From IMG/VR virus record IMGVR_UViG_3300021399_000162: 20,000 bases of DNA. One strand, given 5' to 3'. Shown piece after piece: positions 8,431-16,028 of the stretch. The notes beneath the pieces were generated by a model. The model worked only from the letters and a program-made list of their open reading frames with translations, searched no databases and was not told the origin of the DNA. Position 1 is the stretch's first letter. The number at the start of each line of letters is the position of its first letter. Source of the DNA: an uncultured virus (IMG/VR IMGVR_UViG_3300021399_000162) (taxonomy: Duplodnaviria > Heunggongvirae > Uroviricota > Caudoviricetes). The position numbers and the translations under genes are program-made.

Positions 8431-8618
8431 CAACTGACGACATGCGGAATTATATCCGCTGCATCTATGGTGACCGGATCAGAGGGCAGTGGATAGGCCA
8501 CATGTCCGACAATCAGGTCATTGCAATCTACCGTTCACTCCAAGCAAGAGGAATAACCAAGCCTGTTGTCAAGAAAGATCCTCCCGGTGAAAAGTACGAA
8601 CAGCTTTCTTTCCTGTAA
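8427..8618 (+). CDS. Small phage hypothetical protein
   Basis: ATGA overlap with the previous stop and a GGAGG RBS. Contains W..HMSDNQVIAIY and ends EQLSFL. Confidence 0.7.
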   Translation: MTTDDMRNYIRCIYGDRIRGQWIGHMSDNQVIAIYRSLQARGITKPVVKKDPPGEKYEQLSFL

Positions 8619-8619
8619 G

Positions 8620-8646
8620 CGCGAATTTTGCATCCTCCATTATGAA
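8620..8646 (+). promoter_or_regulatory. Conserved promoter-like motif, copy 4
   Basis: CGCGA ATTTTGCATCCTC CATTATGAA, starting just after the stop at 8618 and upstream of the 8688 gene. Confidence 0.72.
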
Positions 8647-8687
8647 CAGAACGTTCACAATAAAATTAAATTTGGAGGATTTGACTT

Positions 8688-9098
8688 ATGAAGAAAATGT
8701 TTGTGCTTTATCTGGTACTGGCTCTGGTGTTCGGAATTATGAACATTGTTGTGGCAGAAATGGAACCGATATCGGTTGTTGATTCATATCTTGAAGAAGA
8801 CGAGCACGTAGAAGTTTGGGTGGCAAGTCGGTATCATGGCTTTGAGGCTGATGGCGACACTCGTGAATACGAAATTTACGAGTACATTATCGGCACTGAA
8901 GACCATGCGCTGACAGACACCGTGATTGCTTACGTTACCGTCGATGGAGACATCTATCAAGAACCTGTTCGGGCCTGGCTTGACACTGACAAGTTTGATA
9001 TTAATGACACACCTGAGACTATGGCCCAGAAGGTTATTGACTTGGCTAAAGAAAGCAAAGACTACGATTTACTGGCTATTGGTTGGACGACAAAGTGA
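8688..9098 (+). CDS. Secreted acidic protein with Sec-type signal peptide
   Basis: MKKMFVLYLVLALVFGIMNIVVA|E signal peptide, GGAGG RBS and a very acidic mature part. Confidence 0.8.
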   Translation: MKKMFVLYLVLALVFGIMNIVVAEMEPISVVDSYLEEDEHVEVWVASRYHGFEADGDTREYEIYEYIIGTEDHALTDTVIAYVTVDGDIYQEPVRAWLDTDKFDINDTPETMAQKVIDLAKESKDYDLLAIGWTTK

Positions 9099-9107
9099 CA
9101 AAGGCTG

Positions 9108-9148
9108 GAGGCTGTGCTGATGAAAAGGCATGGTCTCTTTCCTTTTTG
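9108..9148 (+). terminator. Intrinsic terminator
   Basis: GAGGCTGTGCT...GGCATGGTCTC stem with G-U pairs, followed by TTTCCTTTTT. Confidence 0.6.
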
Positions 9149-9163
9149 TTTGGAGTGACAGAC

Positions 9164-10417
9164 TTGTTTAAATTGAAGAAGCACCAAAGAGATGCACTGA
9201 AGCAGATTCATAATGGATGCATCGTGTGCGGCGGAGTTGGCTCAGGTAAATCGCTGACGGCTCTGTCGTACTATTATATTCTTAATGGCGGAAGCGAAGC
9301 GTTTCTTAACGGCGAATCATACGGCAAAATGAGCAGTCCAAGCGATTTGTACATCATTACCACTGCTAGAAAACGAGATACCTTTGAGTGGAAAAAGGAA
9401 CTGGCCGTCTTTCTGCTCTCCCAAAACACAGAACTAACACCTTACCACAACAAGGTAGTTGTTGATAGCTGGCAGAATGTACAGAAGTATATTTCCGTTA
9501 AGAACGCTTTCTTCATATTTGATGAGCAGCGTGTCGTGGGATCGGGCGCTTGGGCAAAGGCGTTCATCAAGATCTCGAAGAGCAACCAATGGATTATGTT
9601 GTCGGCTACTCCTGGCGATTCCTGGAGTGATTATGCTGCCGTGTTTATAGCAAATGGTTTTTACAAGAGTTTCACTGAGTTCCGCAACGAGCACGTTGTA
9701 TATAGTGCATTCACTTCTTATCCGAAGATTGATAAATACATTGGAACAAAGAAACTCGAGCGATATCGAGACTTGGTACTGGTTGACATGTCGTTCGTTC
9801 GCAGAACCACTGCTCATCATTATGATATTTTTACAGGCTTTGATGGAGACCGGTACAAGCGTGTGTATCGTGAACGGGTTGATCCGGACACTGGCGAGCC
9901 CATACAGAACGCTGCCGGTCTTTGCTATACCCTTCGAAGGATTGTGAACTCGGATGAGTCCAGGCAGGTTGCTATGCTGGAATTGGCTGAGCAGTGGCCT
10001 AAGATGATCGTATTCTACAACTTCGACTATGAGCTTGATATTCTCAGAGGGTTAGCCTGGCCTGAAGGAACTGTAGTAACTGAATGGAACGGTCATAAGC
10101 ACGATCCCATTGCTGTCGAGTCAGACAGGTGGATCTACTTAGTTCAGTACAACTCTGGAGCTGAGGGTTGGAACTGTATTGAGACAAACGTGCTTGTGTT
10201 CTATTCTCAGAATTACTCATACAAAATGATGGTGCAGTCAGCAGGACGTATTGATCGGATGAATACGCCTTTTATTGATTTGTACTATTACCATCTGAAG
10301 AGCAGGTCGGGTATTGATCTTGCGATTAGTCGGGCTCTTGCTCAGAAGAAGAACTTTAATGAAGGGAGGTTCTGCTTGAAATGGGCGGAGCAACAGAATC
10401 CCCGAAGTGGCATATGA
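9164..10417 (+). CDS. SF2 (SNF2-like) DNA helicase
   Basis: Q motif (KHQ), Walker A GGVGSGKS, Walker B FIFDEQ, motif III LSAT, AEGWN and motif VI QSAGRIDR. TTG 9164 after GGAG is preferred because 9083 spans the terminator. Confidence 0.88.
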   Translation: MFKLKKHQRDALKQIHNGCIVCGGVGSGKSLTALSYYYILNGGSEAFLNGESYGKMSSPSDLYIITTARKRDTFEWKKELAVFLLSQNTELTPYHNKVVVDSWQNVQKYISVKNAFFIFDEQRVVGSGAWAKAFIKISKSNQWIMLSATPGDSWSDYAAVFIANGFYKSFTEFRNEHVVYSAFTSYPKIDKYIGTKKLERYRDLVLVDMSFVRRTTAHHYDIFTGFDGDRYKRVYRERVDPDTGEPIQNAAGLCYTLRRIVNSDESRQVAMLELAEQWPKMIVFYNFDYELDILRGLAWPEGTVVTEWNGHKHDPIAVESDRWIYLVQYNSGAEGWNCIETNVLVFYSQNYSYKMMVQSAGRIDRMNTPFIDLYYYHLKSRSGIDLAISRALAQKKNFNEGRFCLKWAEQQNPRSGI

Positions 10418-10590
10418 AGTGGGGTGTGCGCGTGAATTCGGAGGTGAAGCCTGTTGGTACCAAAATTAACTGTACAGGTTGTTTGCACTTATATTTGAAC
10501 TCAGACGGATCGTATGGGTGCGATCATCCAGGTGAACATGCTTGCTTAACTAGTCGGTACAGAGTGTTTAAGGAGGTTAAAGATGAGTGA
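10414..10590 (+). CDS. Small Cys-rich protein (possible metal binding)
   Basis: ATGA overlap with the helicase stop. Contains CTGC..H..C..C. Confidence 0.55.
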   Translation: MKWGVRVNSEVKPVGTKINCTGCLHLYLNSDGSYGCDHPGEHACLTSRYRVFKEVKDE

Positions 10591-10894
10591 TTACTGGTAC
10601 TATCTAATTATATTCCTGCTGTCTTTTATTACTCTGCAGTTGATGAGGATACGGTATCGTCTTGATCAGATTAAAGATAAACTCGATCACCATAACAAAG
10701 TAACTGTTGATATGATCCGGCAGTTAGATAATACCATTGTGCGAAACTACTCATTTTGTGTTGACGATGGGTTTAGTGGATGGCAGCCTTGGAGCATTGA
10801 TAGTTTTAAGGAGGGTGAAAACAATGACGGCAGACGAGGAGAGGCTGGAACGAGCCAAGATCAAGCAACTGGAGAAGATAGCTACGATTCTTGA
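10583..10894 (+). CDS. Membrane-anchored coiled-coil hypothetical protein
   Basis: AAGGAGG RBS and N-terminal hydrophobic YWYYLIIFLLSFITL. Confidence 0.65.
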   Translation: MSDYWYYLIIFLLSFITLQLMRIRYRLDQIKDKLDHHNKVTVDMIRQLDNTIVRNYSFCVDDGFSGWQPWSIDSFKEGENNDGRRGEAGTSQDQATGEDSYDS

Positions 10895-11045
10895 CAAAAT
10901 TGATAAGCATCTTAAGGCACTGATTCCGGAACCGCCTAAGGATGTTATTGAGAATGATGATCCTTTCCGAACTGGATATTTGAAAGATGGTATGAAACTT
11001 AGTGTTACTTGTGATGTTGAGGAGGGCAACACAGATGAAATTTGA
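10824..11045 (+). CDS. Hypothetical protein
   Basis: AAGGAGG RBS at ~10808-10814, ATG 10824 and a charged helical N-terminus. Confidence 0.65.
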   Translation: MTADEERLERAKIKQLEKIATILDKIDKHLKALIPEPPKDVIENDDPFRTGYLKDGMKLSVTCDVEEGNTDEI

Positions 11046-11853
11046 TGGAAAGAACCTTGAAGAAGTATTGGCAGCACAAAAACGGTATGTTGAGGAATGG
11101 GTTAGTCACGGCGAAGTAGAAGCATCTATAGCTGATTTCAGCGAATGCCAGTTGAGGGGTATTGATTTCTCTCGTCGTGATTTGAGTGAGGCTGATTTCT
11201 CCGGCTGCTATCTGATTGAATGTAAATTCAATGATGCCAATCTACACAGTGCTAATTTCAGGAATGCCACTCTGGAAGAAGTAGAGTTCAAATCTACGAA
11301 AATGACTTGTGTAGATTTTGAGAATGCTCGTATTGATGTAAGCATTTTCGAAGATGTGAGTCTTTATTACGCCAATTTCCATAATGCTCAACTGATGTAT
11401 ACGGATATTAACCATTCCAGGATCAACGATGACACCTGTTTGTGTGGTCTTAGACTGCATAAGGTCAAGAATATGCCTTATGTTCCCATGGTCTGTCCTG
11501 AAGAGGGTGAGTTCATTGGATGGAAGGCTTGCGACTATGGATATTCTGATTTCCACAAGAGTCAGACAGTCATTGTGAAGCTGCGTATACCTGCTGATGC
11601 AAAACGTTCGTCCGCTCTTGGTCGTAAGTGTCGTGCAAGCAAAGCTGAGGTGCTGGCTGTGTATGATCTTGACGGTAACGAATTGGACCCAGCGATTACT
11701 CCTCATTCCTTCTTTAATGATAACTTCATGTACCATGTCGGAGCCATTGTTGAACCAACTGTCCCCTTTGAGGAAAACCGTTGGGAGGAATGCGCTCCTG
11801 GTATTCACTTCTTTATCAACCGTCGGGAAGCAATTGAGTATGTAAGTGTTTAA
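11035..11853 (+). CDS. Pentapeptide-repeat protein with DUF5758-like C-terminal domain (paralog 1)
   Basis: A(D/N)(F/L)xx repeats (ADFSE, IDFSR, ADFSG, ANLHS, ANFRN). C-terminal CPEEGEFIGWK...IVKL.IP.DAKRSSA.GRKCRASKA...RW.EC..GIHFF. GAGGAGG RBS before ATG 11035. Confidence 0.9.
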   Translation: MKFDGKNLEEVLAAQKRYVEEWVSHGEVEASIADFSECQLRGIDFSRRDLSEADFSGCYLIECKFNDANLHSANFRNATLEEVEFKSTKMTCVDFENARIDVSIFEDVSLYYANFHNAQLMYTDINHSRINDDTCLCGLRLHKVKNMPYVPMVCPEEGEFIGWKACDYGYSDFHKSQTVIVKLRIPADAKRSSALGRKCRASKAEVLAVYDLDGNELDPAITPHSFFNDNFMYHVGAIVEPTVPFEENRWEECAPGIHFFINRREAIEYVSV

Positions 11854-11883
11854 ATTATATTTAATTAAGGAGGATTTAACTTT

Positions 11884-12693
11884 ATGAAATATGACGGAAC
11901 TAATCTTGAGGCTGTGTTGAAAGCCCATAGAAGTTATCTTGCCAATGTAAAAAATGAGGATGGGTCCAGGGCTGATTTCTCTGGAGAGGTTCTTGAGGAC
12001 TTAGATTTTAGTATGAGAGAATTGGCTGGTGCAGATTTTTTTGGTACTACAATTAAAAATTGTAACTTCTGTGATGCTAATCTGAAGTTTTCAGATTTCA
12101 GTAATGCTAGCATTGGCAACAGCCGGTTCAGCCGTGCTCAGATCTATGCAGCTAATCTCACTAATTCACACTTTTGGTGTTGCCAGATGGATAATGTCAA
12201 TCTTGAAAGCGCTTGCATGCGTTATGCGCGTTTAAGATATGGTGATTTTGAAAACGCTGTGATCAGTCCCACTACTGATTTATGTGGTCTTAACGTAGCT
12301 CATGTGAAAAATATGTTTTATGTGCCAATGGCTTGTCCTGAAGAAGGCGAGTTCATTGCTTGGAAGAAGTGTGTGGCCGTTGACCGAGATGGAACAGGGC
12401 TGCATAAAGAGGTTATTGTGAAGCTGAAGATCCCTAAAAGGGCTCGTCGGTCGTCTGCTCTTGGCCGTAAGTGTCGTGCAAGTGAAGCTATTGTCTTAGC
12501 CATTCAGGACCTTAAAGGCAATGACATTAGTCGTAAAGTTGCAGCTTTTTCATCATACTGCAATGACTTTGCATATGAGCTTGGTAAGACAGTTATACCT
12601 CGTGAACCTTTTGATGATGACCGTTGGAACGAGTGTTCAACCGGCATTCACTTCTTTATTAACCGCAAGGAAGCGGTCGACTATTCACTGTGA
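11884..12693 (+). CDS. Pentapeptide-repeat protein with DUF5758-like C-terminal domain (paralog 2)
   Basis: Same architecture and motifs as 11035..11853. AAGGAGG RBS. Confidence 0.9.
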   Translation: MKYDGTNLEAVLKAHRSYLANVKNEDGSRADFSGEVLEDLDFSMRELAGADFFGTTIKNCNFCDANLKFSDFSNASIGNSRFSRAQIYAANLTNSHFWCCQMDNVNLESACMRYARLRYGDFENAVISPTTDLCGLNVAHVKNMFYVPMACPEEGEFIAWKKCVAVDRDGTGLHKEVIVKLKIPKRARRSSALGRKCRASEAIVLAIQDLKGNDISRKVAAFSSYCNDFAYELGKTVIPREPFDDDRWNECSTGIHFFINRKEAVDYSL

Positions 12694-12716
12694 TATTTAA
12701 TAAGGAGGAAACAACT

Positions 12717-13286
12717 ATGAATTACCAGAACTACTACGAATTCCGTAAAGCTAAGGAAGCCGCTGCTGCTCAGAAGAGCGAGTCCGAACTGAACGAAGAG
12801 AACCGTAAATTGAAGATGTGGCTTGGTATTGCCATTGGCACGACAGTCTTTGCGGGTCTTGGCTGCTATTATTGCTGGAAAGATACGCAGGCTTGCAAGG
12901 CACTGATATCCGAAGCAAATGCCCACGTGAAGCGCATTGCCAACATCAATGTGAATGAGCGTGTGGTTGAGAATGCGGTCAATAAGGCGACCAAGGAAGC
13001 CGCTGATAAGGCCGTTTACAGCGCCACACAGAGCGTTTTCGCAGAGACTAAAGCAGAGATCCGGGCGAAGGTTAAGGCCGCTGTAGAGGCGTCTATGGCC
13101 AAAGTAACGGATGCTGTAGCAGTCAAGATGGCTAAGGAAGTCGCTGATATTTCTCGAGAGGACATTATTGACGACGTAGTTAAGGCTACGACTGAGAAAC
13201 TGTCCGATATGCTTGAGGAAGAGCTTGGCGACGAGATGACCAAGGTTGGTGAGATCTACAAGAATATTGTGGAGGCTCTCAACTGA
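12717..13286 (+). CDS. Membrane-anchored Ala/Lys/Val-rich helical protein
   Basis: AAGGAGG RBS and ATG 12717. One TM segment (WLGIAIGTTVFAGLGCYYCW) followed by a long amphipathic helical region. Confidence 0.78.
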   Translation: MNYQNYYEFRKAKEAAAAQKSESELNEENRKLKMWLGIAIGTTVFAGLGCYYCWKDTQACKALISEANAHVKRIANINVNERVVENAVNKATKEAADKAVYSATQSVFAETKAEIRAKVKAAVEASMAKVTDAVAVKMAKEVADISREDIIDDVVKATTEKLSDMLEEELGDEMTKVGEIYKNIVEALN

Positions 13287-13313
13287 TATTCTCTTGGATA
13301 GTTGGCAGTTTTT

Positions 13314-13356
13314 GAGGGGGTTGGGTCGCTTTATGACCCAATCTCTCTTCTTTTTT
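13314..13356 (+). terminator. Intrinsic terminator
   Basis: GAGGGGGTTGGGTCG-CTTTA-TGACCCAATCTCTC stem followed by TTCTTTTTT. Confidence 0.75.
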
Positions 13357-13396
13357 GACCTATTTGCGACTAAATTATAGGAAGGATGATATATTT

Positions 13397-14074
13397 ATGA
13401 AGGCAATTGAGGCTGGTTATGATATTTTGGATGAGATTTCGTATGGTGGAATCGAGGAATTGAAGAAAATTGAGCGTGCTGCGAGGACTTGCTACAAGTC
13501 TGAAGACAAAATTACGGAAGATGGCTCTTCAGCAAAGAAGCTTGTGGCCGGTTTGATAAAGTCTGGACACGAGGCAATGCTCGAACATGGAGGTCTTTCA
13601 GTGCGCTTTATCTGTGATAGAGGGGTGTCACACGAGCTCGTAAGGCATAGAATGGCGTCATTTGCCCAGGAATCTACCCGGTATTGCAACTATTCGAAGG
13701 ATAAATTTGGCAAAGAATTGACCTTTGTGATACCTGAATTGCATAAAAATAACGAAATTATGGGCCCTGAAGAGTGGATTCTTTGGTCAAAAGCCATGAA
13801 AACCTGCGAAGAATGCTATATGAAGCTGCTTGATATCGGTGTTCCGCCCCAGTTGGCCAGGTCAGTGTTGCCGAATTCACTCAAAACTGAGGTTGTTGTG
13901 ACCGCAAATTGGCGTGAATGGCGTCACATTTTCAGTTTGCGGTGCGCTCCGGATGCTCATCCTGATATTCGATACCTTATGATGTGCCTTTTGGAGGAGC
14001 TTCACAGCAGAATTCCGGTACTTTTCGATGATATTTGGGAGAAATATGGGTTTGACGCAGCTGCAAAGGAGTGA
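13397..14074 (+). CDS. thyX: FAD-dependent thymidylate synthase
   Basis: ThyX signature RHRMASFAQESTRY, plus GHEAMLEH, ARSVLPN, NWREWRH and AHPDIR. ATG 13397 follows AGGAAGGA. Confidence 0.95.
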   Translation: MKAIEAGYDILDEISYGGIEELKKIERAARTCYKSEDKITEDGSSAKKLVAGLIKSGHEAMLEHGGLSVRFICDRGVSHELVRHRMASFAQESTRYCNYSKDKFGKELTFVIPELHKNNEIMGPEEWILWSKAMKTCEECYMKLLDIGVPPQLARSVLPNSLKTEVVVTANWREWRHIFSLRCAPDAHPDIRYLMMCLLEELHSRIPVLFDDIWEKYGFDAAAKE

Positions 14075-14081
14075 TTTTTGA

Positions 14082-14378
14082 ATGTTCAAGCGAATTTTGT
14101 GCGTCTTGATTATGTGTTTTATGCTATTTTTGCTCTGCGGATGCGATTGGGAGAACAATATTCGGGATGGAACAGTGTTTACCGTCGATCCTGAGACCAA
14201 AAATTTGCCTAAATCAACCGCTTTTGTGAGATTTGGAAACCAAATAAACCAATTTTACGTGTTTGATGTGGCTGATTATTCACTTGGAGGAGATAATTGG
14301 ATCGTTTTGAAGGCTAAAGATGGCCGAATTTTCAAGACTAGCCAGGTGAATGTGCTCATTATTGAGGGTTCTGACTGA
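14082..14378 (+). CDS. Putative lipoprotein
   Basis: MFKRILCVLIMCFMLFLLCG|C lipobox-like signal and an AAGGAG RBS. Confidence 0.75.
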   Translation: MFKRILCVLIMCFMLFLLCGCDWENNIRDGTVFTVDPETKNLPKSTAFVRFGNQINQFYVFDVADYSLGGDNWIVLKAKDGRIFKTSQVNVLIIEGSD

Positions 14379-14435
14379 TATTTTGAGGATTTTTCGACAG
14401 TAAATTGACGATTTTGAGAGGAGATTTTGCGAGTT

Positions 14436-14666
14436 ATGAACGGTTTTGTATGGTGTTTGTCTGTTATTTTTGTGGCTTTGGTGTTCAGTTTGGCGGTCGT
14501 TTTGGCCGGTTCTGCACTCATTGGAGTATGGTTTGAGACCAAAAATCGAGAGGCTAAGAAGGCTGCTGAAGGCGCTGCGAGTGCATTGAAGGAGCTTGCT
14601 GAGCTGATGAAAAACGACAAAAATCTTGGAAAAAATGAAGAGAAATCGGAGGAAAACGGGCATTGA
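14436..14666 (+). CDS. Small membrane protein
   Basis: Long N-terminal hydrophobic segment followed by a charged tail. GAGAGGAG-like RBS upstream. Confidence 0.6.
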   Translation: MNGFVWCLSVIFVALVFSLAVVLAGSALIGVWFETKNREAKKAAEGAASALKELAELMKNDKNLGKNEEKSEENGH

Positions 14667-14729
14667 AATGAATGATATTTTGAAGATTGTTTGGCAAAAA
14701 TCGTGAAAACCCTGGTAAAAATTGTGTAA

Positions 14730-15046
14730 AAAATGGCCATTTTGCTGCCCACCCAAAAGTGGGCAGAAGGTGGGCAGAGGGTGGGCAGAAGCGGTTTTTG
14801 GCGATTTTTGTTAACAATTTGTTCACAATTTTCTAATCAAATTTTAATTTTTTGGGTCAAAAATTGCAAAAAAGTGGCCAAAAGTGGCCAGCTGCCCACC
14901 CTCTGCCCACCCAGGGTGGCCAGCTGAAACCGTTGGGGCCCAAGGGTTTGAGGGGTGTCTGCCCGGGTGGCCGGGTTTTTTCTTAACTAATATATAAAAG
15001 ATAATTATATATATTAAGTAGGGAAAAAGGGTGGCCACCTGGCCAG
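14730..15046. repeat. Non-coding direct/inverted repeat cluster with AT-rich core (putative replication origin)
   Basis: GTGGGCAG x3 (14759, 14770, 14781; 11-bp period) and CTGCCCAC x3 (14745, 14892, 14903). A perfect 20-bp inverted repeat at 14769-14788/14892-14911. GTGGCCA at 14874, 14884, 14916 and 15031. AT-rich stretch at ~14976-15020. Confidence 0.7.
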
Positions 15047-15192
15047 ATAGGATAAAACACATATTTTCCAAGATTTTGGTGGGTCTGGTTTTTGGTCAGA
15101 TTTGCGTCCAAGTTCGTGTGTCTCTTCAAGTTAACTTGCCTCTTGTTTTCGCTCAAAATTTGTGGCATGATATTTCTGAGGTGAACTGAGAA

Positions 15193-15477
15193 ATGGGTAA
15201 GTTTAGACTTGAATTCATGCGAACCGCTTATGACGAAAATGGTGACGAAGTACCCTGTGATATTTGCGACGGAACTATGAAGTGGAAACCATCTCGCAGA
15301 CTGTGGATTTGCAGCGACTGCGGTCGAGAGATGAAACGCGCACAGTTCTTCAATTATATCGGTGCTGACCCGCCAAGTACCAAGTGTCTTTCGTCGTGTC
15401 ATGAGAACTATCCCCTCTGCAAAAGATATTGTCCGTTCTTTGATGTCTCGGATGATCCTGATGGACCGATGATTTAA
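15193..15477 (+). CDS. Zinc-ribbon / Cys-rich protein
   Basis: CDIC...CSDC plus CLSSC...C...C. GAGGTG RBS. Confidence 0.75.
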   Translation: MGKFRLEFMRTAYDENGDEVPCDICDGTMKWKPSRRLWICSDCGREMKRAQFFNYIGADPPSTKCLSSCHENYPLCKRYCPFFDVSDDPDGPMI

Positions 15478-15501
15478 ATTTTTATAGGCTTATCGCAAAA
15501 T

Positions 15502-15545
15502 GAAGAGTCATTGTACTGATATTTGTGCAGTGGCTCTTTCTTTTG
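15502..15545 (+). terminator. Intrinsic terminator
   Basis: GAAGAGTCATTGTAC-TGATATTT-GTGCAGTGGCTCTTT stem followed by T runs. Confidence 0.7.
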
Positions 15546-15577
15546 TCCTTTTTGTCTTATTTTTATACCATTTCTTC

Positions 15578-15604
15578 CGCGATTTTTGCAATCTCTATTA
15601 TGAA
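15578..15604 (+). promoter_or_regulatory. Conserved promoter-like motif, copy 5 (upstream of the nuclease-RNAP operon)
   Basis: CGCGA TTTTTGCAATCTC TATTATGAA, just downstream of a terminator. Confidence 0.72.
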
Positions 15605-15682
15605 GAGAAAAGAACCTATTCGGCGACTTTCTCTTTTTCGTTTGTCAATGATATTTGGTGTGTTTTGGAGGTGATTCGGGCC

Positions 15683-15991
15683 ATGGCTCAGAACGAACGA
15701 GTGTTTCAGGCTAAGCTTATTAAAGAGCTTCATACACGCTTTGATCCTTGTATCGTTACCAAGATGGATTCCGGTCACATCCAGGGCATACCAGATCTAC
15801 TGATATTGCGCGGAAACAAATGGGCTACACTTGAAGACAAGAAGTCCAAAGACGCCTCGCATCGTCCTAACCAGGACTATTACGTTTCGCAAATGAACGG
15901 CATGTCTTTTAGCCGTTTTATTTATCCTGAGAATAAGGAGGAGGTTCTGAATGAGCTCTCAAACTTTTTCCTTGGACCGAACGCGCAGTAA
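15683..15991 (+). CDS. VRR-NUC-like PD-(D/E)XK nuclease (putative Holliday junction resolvase)
   Basis: E..FQ..LIK.L...GIPDLLIL....ATLEDK....RPNQ.YY motif series. The GGAGGTG RBS supports ATG 15683. Confidence 0.82.
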   Translation: MAQNERVFQAKLIKELHTRFDPCIVTKMDSGHIQGIPDLLILRGNKWATLEDKKSKDASHRPNQDYYVSQMNGMSFSRFIYPENKEEVLNELSNFFLGPNAQ

Positions 15992-16028
15992 ATGATATTC
16001 CCTTTCGCTGCAAGAAAGGACCTAACAC

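Noticed and set aside
10411..10431. Peptide HMKWGVR resembling the phage HYG...MKWGVR N-terminal motif
   Set aside because: The preceding LxHYG part is missing, and the upstream codons overlap the helicase C-terminus. It is probably coincidental or at most a remnant.
10824..10894. 71-nt overlap of two genes as a programmed frameshift
   Set aside because: The downstream gene has its own strong RBS and ATG, and I saw no convincing slippery heptamer.
14276..15402. Minus-strand and short ORFs over the repeat region (14276-14752, 14280-14756, 14554-14826, 14733-14927, 14844-15071, 14983-15402)
   Set aside because: They lack RBSs, give low-complexity translations of repeats and T-tracts, and overlap better-supported + strand genes.
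15500..15682. N-terminal hydrophobic extension of the VRR-NUC ORF as predicted in the ORF track
   Set aside because: It spans a terminator and promoter copy 5. The RBS-supported start is 15683.
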